Numbered from the stretch's first letter, positions 42,259 through 51,398 are shown. The stretch is 64,000 nucleotides of DNA from an uncultured Candidatus Saccharibacteria bacterium (GCA_964567265.1 CAZMLK010000001.1:395723-459722); one strand, 5' to 3'. Translations and numbers: made by a program. The notes: generated by a model not told the origin, from the sequence alone.

Positions 42259-43944
42259 CTAGCCTTCAAGGTATTCGGGGGTGTGGACAGCCATCCAATC
42301 GAGCAGTTGGCGCATCACGTAGACGCCGCCGAGCGTGTTCGTGACTGGCCCTCGCTCCATGAGGACGATGAAGGCGTAGCGTGGATGCTCATATGGGAAA
42401 AAACCGGTTGCCCATGAGTTCACGTGCTGCTTGTCGCGTCCGAGCTGCGCGGTTCCGGTCTTCGAGGCGACATGGATGCTGTCCTTGTTGAGCCCGACGC
42501 CGGTGCCCATGAGCACTCCTTGCCGCATACCCTCCTGCACCACCTTGAAATCCTCTGCCGGTATGTCCACCTTCGTGCCGGTTTGCGTGGTCGAGGCGAT
42601 CAACGAGGGCGTGAGGAGCGTGCCTCCGTTCGCGATCGATGCGATTGCGCGGAGCATCTGGATCGGTGTCACCTGGAACCCATACTGCCCGATGACCGTG
42701 TTGTACGTGTCACCGACGCGCCAGTCTTCCCCGTCGAACATCTTCTTCTTCCATTCCGGATTCGGGATCGTTCCCGATTCCTCGCCCGGAAGCTGGATGC
42801 CGGTCGGCGACGCGATACCGAAGAGACGCGCGTACTTCTCAACGTTCGCGATGCCCATGCCCTGCTGGCCCGGGAAGCCGCCGCCGATCTCATAGAAATA
42901 CACATCCGAGGAGACGGCGATCGCATCTCGCATATCCACCCAGCCATGCGCCTTCCAGTCATTGAACCGGGAGGGCCTCGAAGGATCGTATGGATTCGGG
43001 ACCGTGATGTAGCCCGCCGAGTAGATCTGCTTCTCAGGCGAGATGACGCCCTCCTGGAGCGCCCCGAGCGCCATGAAGGGCTTCACGATAGATCCCGGCG
43101 TGTAGAGGCCGGAGACCATCCGGTCGAGGAAGGGCTTCCGGGTATCGCTCATGTATTCCTGGACCGCAGCACGGTCGTCAGCGCTCGACATGACGCTCGG
43201 CCGGTACTCAGGATAGCTCGTGAGCGCGATCAGCTCGCCTGTGCGGACATCCATGATGGCACCTGCGCCTCCTGTGAATGGCACCTGGTCGGCAAGCCCC
43301 TTGATGAATCCATAGAAGGCTTCTTCCACGCGCGCATCGATCGAGAGCGTTACATTGCCGCCGTCCCTGGGCGGCGTCAGCACGCTCTCGGAGTGGACCG
43401 CACCATGCGCGTCCACCTCGATCATGCGCTTGCCATTCTCTCCGGAAAGCTGGTCATTGAAGGAGCGTTCAGTGCCGGCTACACCCTTGTACTCGACTTC
43501 ATAGAATTTGCCGGATGAATCCTTCTTAGGAAGCGTGATGTATCCGAGGATATGGCCGAATCCGGCTGCATCGATATATGAGCGGCTCGCGAACGGCTCC
43601 GGCGTATCGCGCGTATTCCATGCGAGCTCCGTCCCACGCCGATCGTAGAGGACGCCACGGCGCGCGAACACTGTCGATTCCTCGAGCCGGTTCTGCTCGC
43701 TCCGTTCCTTGTACGTGCTTCCCTCGGCTATCTGGAGGATAGAGAGCCGGCCCACGAGCGCGAGGAGGATGAGGACGGCGCCGCTTCCGACGATGAGGAA
43801 CGCCTGCTTGCGGATCGGCGTCTCGAGCCGTCCTTCCATCTGGGCAGTATTGAATTCGGGAAGATTGCGGGAATCAAGAAAAATCTCGTCGGGATCGATC
43901 TCGACGACGCGCGTTCGTTTCTTGCTGAAGAATGGGATGCGCAT
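42259..43944 (-). CDS. mrdA: penicillin-binding protein 2 (elongation transpeptidase)
   Basis: N-terminal TM helix, then GSIVKP (SxxK), SSD (SxN-like) and KTGTAQ. Directly downstream of mreBCD. Confidence 0.9.
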   Translation of the reverse strand: MRIPFFSKKRTRVVEIDPDEIFLDSRNLPEFNTAQMEGRLETPIRKQAFLIVGSGAVLILLALVGRLSILQIAEGSTYKERSEQNRLEESTVFARRGVLYDRRGTELAWNTRDTPEPFASRSYIDAAGFGHILGYITLPKKDSSGKFYEVEYKGVAGTERSFNDQLSGENGKRMIEVDAHGAVHSESVLTPPRDGGNVTLSIDARVEEAFYGFIKGLADQVPFTGGAGAIMDVRTGELIALTSYPEYRPSVMSSADDRAAVQEYMSDTRKPFLDRMVSGLYTPGSIVKPFMALGALQEGVISPEKQIYSAGYITVPNPYDPSRPSRFNDWKAHGWVDMRDAIAVSSDVYFYEIGGGFPGQQGMGIANVEKYARLFGIASPTGIQLPGEESGTIPNPEWKKKMFDGEDWRVGDTYNTVIGQYGFQVTPIQMLRAIASIANGGTLLTPSLIASTTQTGTKVDIPAEDFKVVQEGMRQGVLMGTGVGLNKDSIHVASKTGTAQLGRDKQHVNSWATGFFPYEHPRYAFIVLMERGPVTNTLGGVYVMRQLLDWMAVHTPEYLEG

Positions 43945-43950
43945 ATGGAT

Positions 43951-44253
43951 TTAGTTCCTGCCGATCTGGAGATACCGTCTCGAAAGCGGCACGAGGGAAG
44001 CGGCGAGGAGCGCGAGCGTCGTCATCAAAAAATGCGTCTCGATGCCCACGACCATGGTCCCGCCGTAGAGCACGTCCGCAACGACGGCAACGGCGATGAG
44101 CTCGTACCAGCCGAAGTATACCAGCGTTCCCAACGTCGCGGGGATCGCGAGCCACCACGGCGCCAGGAACGCGGCAGCGAAGAGCAGCGCATCAATGCCG
44201 ACTCTTCTTGGCAAACCGGAATCCTTTTTTTGCGGACGACGTCGTTCAAGCAT
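43951..44253 (-). CDS. mreD: MreD-like membrane protein
   Basis: 100-aa polytopic membrane ORF between mreC and mrdA. The call is positional. Confidence 0.55.
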   Translation of the reverse strand: MLERRRPQKKDSGLPRRVGIDALLFAAAFLAPWWLAIPATLGTLVYFGWYELIAVAVVADVLYGGTMVVGIETHFLMTTLALLAASLVPLSRRYLQIGRN

Positions 44254-44271
44254 GAGAAAACGGATGCTGCA

Positions 44272-45090
44272 TTACTGCGCGCTTGTCGAGGTCGCACCCG
44301 CGGGCGCGATTTCGACCGTACGGAGCTCGCGGATGTTGACGGGACTTTTCGCGAGCGCGGTCTCGAACGAATCAGCAGCCTTCGAGCGCAGCGCGCCGAC
44401 GAGCGCGACCAAGGAGCTCGTGATTCCAGGAAGCGCGATCGGAGAATTGGTAGCAGCGATCGTACCCCGCGGAAGCTGCACGATGAAATTCCCGCCGCCC
44501 TGCCCGATCAAGGAGACGGACACCGAGGTCGTCGCCTGGAGGATATCCGCGCTGGTGCTGACTCCGGGAGACGAATACAGCGTGACCCGCGCACGGCTCG
44601 GCCCCACCTCTTCGACCGTGCCGAGCGCGAGCGCGCCGTAGGCGTACACCTTGTCCCCTTTCCGGATGCCACTCTCCTGCCCCGCGTCGATGACGAGCGA
44701 ATCATACGGAATCTCGGGCGGCCGGAGCAGGATGCCCGCGCGGATGCGCGCCCTCTCGGGATTGCGTCCCGCGAATGCGCGCAGGGACTCGTTTTCAGCC
44801 TCAAGAAGTGTCATCGCGACGCTTTTCGCGTTTGCATCGCGGAGTTCCTGCTTCAGCGCGGCATTCTCGTCAACGAGCGCGCGCTTGGAGCGGAGGAGCT
44901 CGATGACGGTACCCGATGACGCGACCGTGCCCGATTCTATCGATGCGACCGGGCGGAGCACGCCGAACACGAGGTTCTCGAGGAACGCCGGCGGCTTCGC
45001 GAAGAAGAAAAGCGCAACGACCAAAAGCGCTCCCATCACTGCGAGCTTGTAGCGGCTGAATGCTGTTTTACGTTCCTGGAGAGAGCGCAT
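44272..45090 (-). CDS. mreC: rod shape-determining protein MreC
   Basis: N-terminal TM helix, coiled coil (LKQELRDANAK), and beta-barrel repeats (GIRKGD.V, GLIGQ-like). Position after mreB. Confidence 0.85.
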   Translation of the reverse strand: MRSLQERKTAFSRYKLAVMGALLVVALFFFAKPPAFLENLVFGVLRPVASIESGTVASSGTVIELLRSKRALVDENAALKQELRDANAKSVAMTLLEAENESLRAFAGRNPERARIRAGILLRPPEIPYDSLVIDAGQESGIRKGDKVYAYGALALGTVEEVGPSRARVTLYSSPGVSTSADILQATTSVSVSLIGQGGGNFIVQLPRGTIAATNSPIALPGITSSLVALVGALRSKAADSFETALAKSPVNIRELRTVEIAPAGATSTSAQ

Positions 45091-46141
45091 CTTCGCTTTC
45101 TATGAGCACGTCCGTATGCTGGTCGAGGGTTTCAATGATAACACCGGTTCCGCGCACGACGGAGGTCAACGGATCGTTCGAGCGGTACACCGGGATCTTG
45201 AGGATCGCCGTCAAAAATTCGGGCATGCCGCGGATGAGCGCGCCGCCGCCGACCAAGTGGATGCCGCGCTGCATCACGTCCGCCAGGACTTCAGGCGGCG
45301 TGGTCTCGAGGACCTCGCGGACGGATTCGACCAAGGTATCGATGGAATGGGAAATCGCTTCGCGGATATCGGCGTCTGTAATGACGACCTCACGCGGGAG
45401 GCCGGTCACGAGATCGCGGCCGCGTACGGTCGCTTCGATCGGCGCATCGCCCGGAGATACGGAACAAGCAGCAATCTTGAGCTCCTCCGAGGTCTTCTCG
45501 CCGATCAATATCTTGAATTCGCTCCGGATGTAGGAGGCGATGTCGGCATTCAGCTTGTCGCCCGCGACGCGGAGATTCTTCGCGCGCACGATGCCGGAAA
45601 GCGAGATGACGGCGATATCGGTCGTGCCGCCGCCGATGTCTATGATCATGCTGCCGATCGGCGCATGGATCGGCAGCTTGATGCCGATCGCGGCAGCCAT
45701 CGGCTCCTCGACGATGTAGACCTCGCGGGCGCCGGCATTCTTCGCTGCATCGCGGACCGCCCGCGTCTCGACGTTCGTGATGCCAGACGGCACGCCGATG
45801 ACGACGCGCGGGCCGAAGATCGTGCGGCGTCCTTCCTGCGCTTTGTTGAGGAGGTATGAAAGCATCTCTTCGGTGACCTCGAAGTCCGAGATCACGCCAT
45901 CAACGAGAGGGCGGACGGCCGTGATGTGGGTCGGCGTGCGGCCGAGCATGTCCTTCGCCTGCGCTCCGACGGCGACCACCTGGCCCGTCTTCTGGTTGAT
46001 GGCGACGACGGAGGGCTCATTGAGGACGATGCCCTTGCCGCGAACATACACGAGCGTGTTCGCCGTGCCGAGATCGATGCCGATGTCATTCGAGAAGAGG
46101 TGCGAGAACCTCCCGAACATTTTTTTGAGTCTTTCTACCAT
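45068..46141 (-). CDS. mreB: rod shape-determining protein MreB
   Basis: IGIDLGTANTLVYVRGKGIVLNEPSVVA, DIGGGTTD and GGGALIRG, the actin/MreB fold motifs. Confidence 0.95.
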   Translation of the reverse strand: MVERLKKMFGRFSHLFSNDIGIDLGTANTLVYVRGKGIVLNEPSVVAINQKTGQVVAVGAQAKDMLGRTPTHITAVRPLVDGVISDFEVTEEMLSYLLNKAQEGRRTIFGPRVVIGVPSGITNVETRAVRDAAKNAGAREVYIVEEPMAAAIGIKLPIHAPIGSMIIDIGGGTTDIAVISLSGIVRAKNLRVAGDKLNADIASYIRSEFKILIGEKTSEELKIAACSVSPGDAPIEATVRGRDLVTGLPREVVITDADIREAISHSIDTLVESVREVLETTPPEVLADVMQRGIHLVGGGALIRGMPEFLTAILKIPVYRSNDPLTSVVRGTGVIIETLDQHTDVLIESEDALSPGT

Positions 46142-46231
46142 GGTGGTGTGTATGGGGGGATCGGTGAGGTGATGGGCGCAAAGGGTCGATCCGTCGTTCC
46201 GAGGATAGGAAAAGGCGGCAGCGGTACGAAT

Positions 46232-47482
46232 TTATCTCTGAACGAACGACGCGAGCTCCTCGAGGGTCACTTTTGAGATTTCTCCTGTCGCGCGCTCGAC
46301 GACTTCGATCTTCCCGTCGGCGATGGTCTTCGCGGATACGACGGCACGGAACGGCATGCCGAGGAGATCGCTGTCGGCGAACTTCTCGCCTGCACGGAGA
46401 TCGCGATCGTCGTAGAGCACCTCGATGCCGCTCGCGGAAAGCGCTGCGTACAACTCCTCAGCCGCCTTCACCACCGCCTCGTCATTGCCGAGCTGCACCA
46501 CATGGATCTTGAACGGCGCGACTTCGAGGGGCCAGACGATGCCGTTCTCATCTGAAAGCGTTTCAACAATCGTACCCATGACGCGGGAGGGCCCGAGGCC
46601 ATAGCATCCCATCACGACCGGCACGTCCTCCCCTTCCTCATTCTTGTAGAGGAGGCCGAGTGCCTCCGAGAAACGAGTTCCGAGCGTGAAAATATTTCCC
46701 GTTTCAATCGCCTTCCGCTCGACCAGCTTCGCTTTGTCGAGCCCGAGATCTGCGATGACTTCGTCCGTATAGACTTCCTTGTTGAGCGCGATTCCGCGCT
46801 CCTCGTCGACATAAATCAAATCTTCGCCTGCATCAGACACCGTCTGGAATTCCTCGCTGTATTTCGAGAAGATGCCGCCCGCCGCGAACGTGACGAAGGT
46901 CCGATCGCCGAGACCTATGCGCTCAAAGATTTTCTTGTATGCGCGCTTAATCTTTTCGTAGAGTTCTTTGTGTTCCTCATCAGAGCGCGCGAACGAATAC
47001 ATATCCTTCATAAAAAATTCGCGTCCGCGCATGATGCCCGATTTCGCACGCGTTTCATTGCGGAACTTCTCCTGGACCTGGTAGGCCATGACTGGAAGAT
47101 CGCGATAGGAATGGATGAAGTCGGTCATGATGCGCGTCACCGGCTCCTCGTGCGTGATGCCGAGCCCGACGGTCCCGCCCACCTTGAGTTCAGTCTTGAA
47201 CCAATTGTCGACTTTTGCATCGTCCCACCGATCCGTCTTCTCCCAGAGCGTCTTATCCTGGAACACGGTCATGAGCAACTCCTGGCCGCCGATAGCGTCC
47301 ATTTCTTCTCGCACGATGCGGCAGATATTATTGAAAGTGCGGAGGCCGAGCGGCAGAAGCGTGTAGACGCCGGCCATCTCCTTATGGATGTAACCGCCGC
47401 GGATCAGGAGTTCTGCATTCTTGGCGACCTCGTCTTTCGGCGCTTCCTTGCGGGTTTTGGTGAAAAGTGCGGATTGGCGCAT
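46232..47482 (-). CDS. proS: prolyl-tRNA synthetase (short form without insertion/editing domain)
   Basis: MRQSALFTKTRKEAPKDEVAKNAELLIRGGYI ... FRNE.R...G..R.REF.MKD (class II motifs). Start set at the Met preceded by the TTGACC-N16-TACAAT promoter. Track ORF extends to 47833. Confidence 0.9.
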   Translation of the reverse strand: MRQSALFTKTRKEAPKDEVAKNAELLIRGGYIHKEMAGVYTLLPLGLRTFNNICRIVREEMDAIGGQELLMTVFQDKTLWEKTDRWDDAKVDNWFKTELKVGGTVGLGITHEEPVTRIMTDFIHSYRDLPVMAYQVQEKFRNETRAKSGIMRGREFFMKDMYSFARSDEEHKELYEKIKRAYKKIFERIGLGDRTFVTFAAGGIFSKYSEEFQTVSDAGEDLIYVDEERGIALNKEVYTDEVIADLGLDKAKLVERKAIETGNIFTLGTRFSEALGLLYKNEEGEDVPVVMGCYGLGPSRVMGTIVETLSDENGIVWPLEVAPFKIHVVQLGNDEAVVKAAEELYAALSASGIEVLYDDRDLRAGEKFADSDLLGMPFRAVVSAKTIADGKIEVVERATGEISKVTLEELASFVQR

Positions 47483-47833
47483 ATGTAGAGGCAATTGTAC
47501 AGGAAAAGGGTGCCTGGTCAAAAAGGAAAATGGCCGCTCTCCTTCGGGGAGCGGCCAGCTTGAAACGGGTGTCGGCAGGGTATGCCCGCCATCAGGAGGC
47601 ATCGGGGCGAGGTCGATGGTCGCCTCAAGAAGTATTTCTGCGATCGTGAAGAGTACGACAAGCGACCAGAGAAGCATGAACAGCGTCGCGAAGACGATGA
47701 GACGGAATTGAGTATCAACCGCGATGATGTAAATCGTTGGCGCGCAGAGAATAGTTGCGGCAACGAAACAGACACAGACGATGAGCTGGGTGTCACGCGA
47801 AAGCCCGGACATGGCTAATCTCCATGAAATCAC
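47483..47833 (-). CDS. possible small 2-TM membrane protein ORF with no stop codon of its own (in frame with proS)
   Basis: LIVCVCFVAATILCAPTIYIIAV and LIVFATLFMLLWSLVVLFTIAEILL. The frame runs through a terminator and a promoter into the proS ATG. Confidence 0.3.
47494..47521 (-). promoter_or_regulatory. sigma70-like promoter of proS
   Basis: Minus strand: TTGACC-16 nt-TACAAT-11 nt-ATG (47482). Confidence 0.6.
47522..47556 (-). terminator. rho-independent terminator inside the extended proS ORF
   Basis: Minus strand: GGCCGCTCCC-cgaa-GGAGAGCGGCC followed by ATTTTCCTTTTT. Confidence 0.7.
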
Positions 47834-47893
47834 TCTGTTCTTGTCTCAAAATAGGCGCTCCCTGGATGCGTGTCAAACGGACGCACCGAATGT

Positions 47894-48196
47894 CTAGTGG
47901 AGCGACCGGTCACGAATCACCTCGAGGTCTTCCATGATCTCGGCGAGATCTTCTGGGGTATAGACTTGCTTCTCTGAATGATCCTCTGTCCACAACCTGA
48001 ACGCTTCCGCCATGCCGCTTTCAATCCACTCCGCCATCGCGTCACGAGCGGTTGCGGTGCCATCCTTTGAGAGCTCAGGATGCTCTTCGGCAAAATACAT
48101 GATGAGCTGCTTCTGAAGACCCATCTGCTCGCGAAAATTCTCAGGATGGAATTCCTGCCCGCCGTCGCTCTCTTTCGGCCATTCACTTGGACTCAT
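47894..48196 (-). CDS. hypothetical acidic protein (100 aa)
   Basis: Start set at MSPSEWPK to avoid overlap with rseP. No recognised motif. Confidence 0.45.
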   Translation of the reverse strand: MSPSEWPKESDGGQEFHPENFREQMGLQKQLIMYFAEEHPELSKDGTATARDAMAEWIESGMAEAFRLWTEDHSEKQVYTPEDLAEIMEDLEVIRDRSLH

Positions 48197-48206
48197 GCCG
48201 TGATTC

Positions 48207-49316
48207 TTAGAATAACCGGACGATATCCTGGTACGTAATAGCGGCCATGAGGACAAGAAGAAGGATAAGGCCGCCTGCATTGAGAAAGTTCGCAATCTTA
48301 GGGGAAATCGGAGTTCCTTTCACCGCCTCGATGAGGACGAAGAGGAGCCGGCCGCCGTCCAAAGCCGGGAATGGGAGCACGTTGATCACGGCCAGGTTCA
48401 GCGAGATGAATGCGGTGAAAGTGATCAGATAGACGAGGCCGAGGCGGGACGCATCGCCGACGAGCCCGACGATGCCGACGGGGCCGGTCACCTGCGAGAG
48501 ATCGGCCTTGAGGACGAATGCACTCTTGAAGAAGGTCACGAGGCCTGCCGCGACTTCATACGTCTTCTGTCCCGTCATGATCGCGCCTTCATAGAGCGCG
48601 CGCACCGGATTGTATTTCAAGGTTGCCGTGAGCGCCATCACGATACCGGCAGCGGCACGATCAGGCTCATCCTTGATGATGCCTTTTACCGGAGTCACGG
48701 TCAGGATTCCCGATTCATTGGCGCGTTCGTACGAAACGACCAACGGCAGGTTACCGTGGCTCGCGATGAAACGGAGGACGGAATCGGGACTAAGCGCGTT
48801 CCCTTCAAGCGACTCGGCGGAACCTGCCTCTATTTTTGAAATCACGTCACCCGGCTTGAGGCCTGCCTCGGATCCCGGCGCATCCGGAACGACTGCGACG
48901 ATCTCTACCTTCGCATCCGGAACGGTGTCACGGTCTTCAGGTGCGAGCGAGGTCGGCATGCCGATCATGAACCCGAGCGAAAATAGGAGCCACGCGAAGA
49001 GGATGTTGCCGATGATGCCTGCGAGGAGGATCAGCGCCTGGACCCATTTCGGCTTGTTCGGAAAACTCCGCGCGCTGTCGGGCCCGGCAAGTGACGCATC
49101 GTCAGGATCCTCGCCGAAGATCTTCACGTAGCCGCCGATCGGGAGGAGGTTGAGGACGTAGCGCGTCTCGCCCCGCTTGATACTCGCGACCTTCGGCGGG
49201 AAACCGAGCGCGAATTCATCGACGCGGACGCCGAGCTTCTTGGCGGTGATGAAATGCCCGAACTCGTGGACAAAGACCAGGGTGCCGAGCACGAGGAGGA
49301 AGAGGACTATGGACAT
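48207..49316 (-). CDS. rseP: RIP metalloprotease RseP (M50 site-2 protease) with PDZ domain
   Basis: VHEFGHFITAKK (HExxH), PDZ segment (GLKPGDVI), and NVLPFPALDGG. Confidence 0.9.
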   Translation of the reverse strand: MSIVLFLLVLGTLVFVHEFGHFITAKKLGVRVDEFALGFPPKVASIKRGETRYVLNLLPIGGYVKIFGEDPDDASLAGPDSARSFPNKPKWVQALILLAGIIGNILFAWLLFSLGFMIGMPTSLAPEDRDTVPDAKVEIVAVVPDAPGSEAGLKPGDVISKIEAGSAESLEGNALSPDSVLRFIASHGNLPLVVSYERANESGILTVTPVKGIIKDEPDRAAAGIVMALTATLKYNPVRALYEGAIMTGQKTYEVAAGLVTFFKSAFVLKADLSQVTGPVGIVGLVGDASRLGLVYLITFTAFISLNLAVINVLPFPALDGGRLLFVLIEAVKGTPISPKIANFLNAGGLILLLVLMAAITYQDIVRLF

Positions 49317-49319
49317 GTG

Positions 49320-49871
49320 TTATTCGCTTATTTCTGCGTCCTTCTTTTCGGCCAGGAGTTCGAGCGCCTGATTGCCCTTATCGATGAGTTTTTGCATATC
49401 TTCTTTCGCGCGGAACTTCTCGTCCTCGCTCATCTCGCCCGCCTTCTCTTTTTTCTGGATGTCGTTCCATGCCTCGTCACGGCCCGAGCGGAGCGCGATC
49501 CGCGCTTCCTCAAGCTTCCCTTTCGAGAGCTTCACGAGCATGCCGCGGCGCTCTGAGGTCAGCTCTGGGAATGAGACGCGGACACCGCGATCGTCGGCGC
49601 CGACGGAGACGCCCATGTCTGCGGCAGTAATCGCCTTCTCGATCTCCTTCGCTTGCGACATATCCCACGGAGAGATGCGGATGGTGCGCGCATCCTCGAC
49701 GGAAATATTCCCGACCTGATTCAGCGGGACCTTCGAGCCGTACGAATCGACGCGGATATTGTCGAGCAGCTGCGGGGTCGCGCGGCCAGTCCTGATGCCC
49801 GAATATTCCCGCTTCAGCCAGTCTTCTGTTTCTGCGATTTTCTTCTTGAGTGGTGTGAAATCGTATGCCAT
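49320..49871 (-). CDS. frr: ribosome recycling factor
   Basis: LKREYSGIRTGRATPQLLD.I.VD.YG...PL.Q ... SE..R.....IQK. Start at the internal ATG of track ORF 49320..50069, with TAGAAT 8 nt upstream. Confidence 0.9.
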   Translation of the reverse strand: MAYDFTPLKKKIAETEDWLKREYSGIRTGRATPQLLDNIRVDSYGSKVPLNQVGNISVEDARTIRISPWDMSQAKEIEKAITAADMGVSVGADDRGVRVSFPELTSERRGMLVKLSKGKLEEARIALRSGRDEAWNDIQKKEKAGEMSEDEKFRAKEDMQKLIDKGNQALELLAEKKDAEISE

Positions 49872-49914
49872 ATGGGGCCATTCTAACGTAGATTCCGCTT
49901 CCTGTGTATGGAAA

Positions 49915-50227
49915 ACAAAAACGCTCCGACATGGGAGTCGAAGACGTTGGTTGGGATGGAGGGGTTGCGCATGGGCAACCGCCTCCTCCCTGATCTGTAT
50001 GGATATGCTCGGGCCTGAACACGGTATGAGCGTCTCAGGAAGTCCGATGATTCCAAGGGTGACACACACCCTTTCATAAGGCCTGACCGGATGTATAACC
50101 CGGCAACGGGGTCCAGAGATTCTACTTCATGGCACATCTCCTCGGCTGCGTCCGGCCTGAGACCGGTTGTAGCGCTTGGTGTTGCAGTCGTGGCTGGTTT
50201 GGCCTTCCTCCTATATTTGCTGGAAAA
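49915..50227 (-). ncRNA. candidate ~300-nt structured RNA (unassigned)
   Basis: Part of a 440-nt interval with no credible ORF. Minus-strand TTGACA-N17-TATCTT promoter at 50228-50256 and a T-run (GAGCGTTTTTGTTTTCC) near 49915. Contains a 15-bp hairpin at about 49953-49990 and several shorter hairpins. Confidence 0.3.
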
Positions 50228-50256
50228 AAGATATCACGTGATTGACTTATTGTCAA
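50228..50256 (-). promoter_or_regulatory. sigma70-like promoter of the candidate RNA
   Basis: Minus strand: TTGACA-17 nt-TATCTT. It overlaps a plus-strand TTGACT as a face-to-face -35 palindrome, TTGACTTATTGTCAA. Confidence 0.45.
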
Positions 50257-50312
50257 GCTCATTTTCTATTGTGGGATTTGGGGCAGATGAGTCATACATA
50301 GAGCCGTTTTTT

Positions 50313-51023
50313 CTACTGTTCAAAAAACGGACAGATGAGCGCGACATATTCGAGGAGGATCTTCGGCGAGGCGCCCGGGTCGGAGATGTGGCGCTTCGCG
50401 AGCATGACGGCTTCCAGCGTTTCCTGGAGCGCTTGGCTCGGGACCCCCCCGCTCGCCGCGAGGCGGATCCTCGCGGCGAGCGCCTGCTCAAGTCCGCCGA
50501 GGAAATCGACTGCGTGCGATCGGTCCTTCGTATCCGAAATCGTACCGAGGAGCTTCTTCAACTTGTCGAGGCGATTTGCAGGAGTGAGTGCAAGAAATTG
50601 CATTGCCGCTTCCGTGTCGCTGACATGCGGCATCGAAATGATCTGCATGCGCGAGCGGATGGTCGGGAGGACAAGGTCGGCGTTCGGGACGAGGAGAAAA
50701 AAATGAAGGCCCTGTGGCGGCTCTTCGAGGATCTTGAGGAGCGCGTTCTGCGCCTGCGCCGTCAGGATCTTCGCGCCGATCACGAACACGCGCCGCGCTC
50801 CGAGGGGGCGAATATATGCATCTTCCTTGAGTTCCCTGCTTTCTTCAACGCTCAGGGTCTCGAACATGCGGCCATAGTAATCGGGATTTCCAATGACAGA
50901 GCCCTTCAGGACCTCCTCGACGAAGGAAATGACGAGGGGCTCGTTGACCATAAGATCGCCCGGCACCAAGTACGCATGATGCAAGCTGCCTGTTTCCCGA
51001 TACTGCTTTCGAAGCTGCTCCAT
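50313..51023 (-). CDS. holB: DNA polymerase III delta-prime subunit-like (clamp loader AAA+ without intact P-loop)
   Basis: GSLHHAYLV.G ... NALLKILEEPP.G..FFLL ... LPTIRSR. Start at MEQLRKQ, with TATGCT 9 nt upstream. Confidence 0.7.
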   Translation of the reverse strand: MEQLRKQYRETGSLHHAYLVPGDLMVNEPLVISFVEEVLKGSVIGNPDYYGRMFETLSVEESRELKEDAYIRPLGARRVFVIGAKILTAQAQNALLKILEEPPQGLHFFLLVPNADLVLPTIRSRMQIISMPHVSDTEAAMQFLALTPANRLDKLKKLLGTISDTKDRSHAVDFLGGLEQALAARIRLAASGGVPSQALQETLEAVMLAKRHISDPGASPKILLEYVALICPFFEQ

Positions 51024-51118
51024 TACCGCTCCAGCATACTGGAGATATGCACTTTGCTGAAATTGACACACTTCATGAAAGTTGTATGTTGAAGAGAGCA
51101 CATGAAAGGAGTTGCGAC

Positions 51119-51256
51119 ATGTCCGCAGCTACGAGTCATCAGATCGGGGTCCCCGTTGGACAGCCGATCGCGAGTTCCGTGAACGACCTGGCAGTATTTC
51201 TCGTCGTCGCGGGTATAGTCGGCAGCATTGCACTCCTGTTCTTCGGCGTCAAATAA
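51119..51256 (+). CDS. 45-aa tail-anchored membrane micro-protein
   Basis: AAAGGAG RBS 7 nt before the ATG. MSAATSHQIGVPVGQPIASSVNDLAVFLVVAGIVGSIALLFFGVK. A 15-bp hairpin follows. Confidence 0.5.
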   Translation: MSAATSHQIGVPVGQPIASSVNDLAVFLVVAGIVGSIALLFFGVK

Positions 51257-51267
51257 CGACGCAGTAT

Positions 51268-51300
51268 TCGGCACGGATTCCCTTCGGGAATCCGTGCCGA
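51268..51300 (+). terminator. hairpin terminator
   Basis: 15-bp stem TCGGCACGGATTCCC-ttc-GGGAATCCGTGCCGA. The T-tract is weak. Confidence 0.6.
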
Positions 51301-51398
51301 AATTATTATCGCGGAACTCTCGCCATGCGCGCGCATTTACAAAAATGAATTTTAAGCATCTAATGTCAGCAGAACATCGCTCTTGAGAGGGGCCGTTG

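Noticed and set aside
45068-45090. 23-nt overlap between the mreB stop and the annotated mreC start.
   Set aside because: This is probably just an uncertain mreC start codon or normal translational coupling, and is not a notable feature.
49872-50312. Calling this interval RNase P RNA (rnpB) or tmRNA.
   Set aside because: The CR-I-like and CR-V-like strings are only about 50 nt apart on the plus strand. The P4 pairing cannot be drawn, and promoter and terminator signals favour the minus strand. No tmRNA acceptor or T-arm is present. It is kept only as an unassigned ncRNA candidate.
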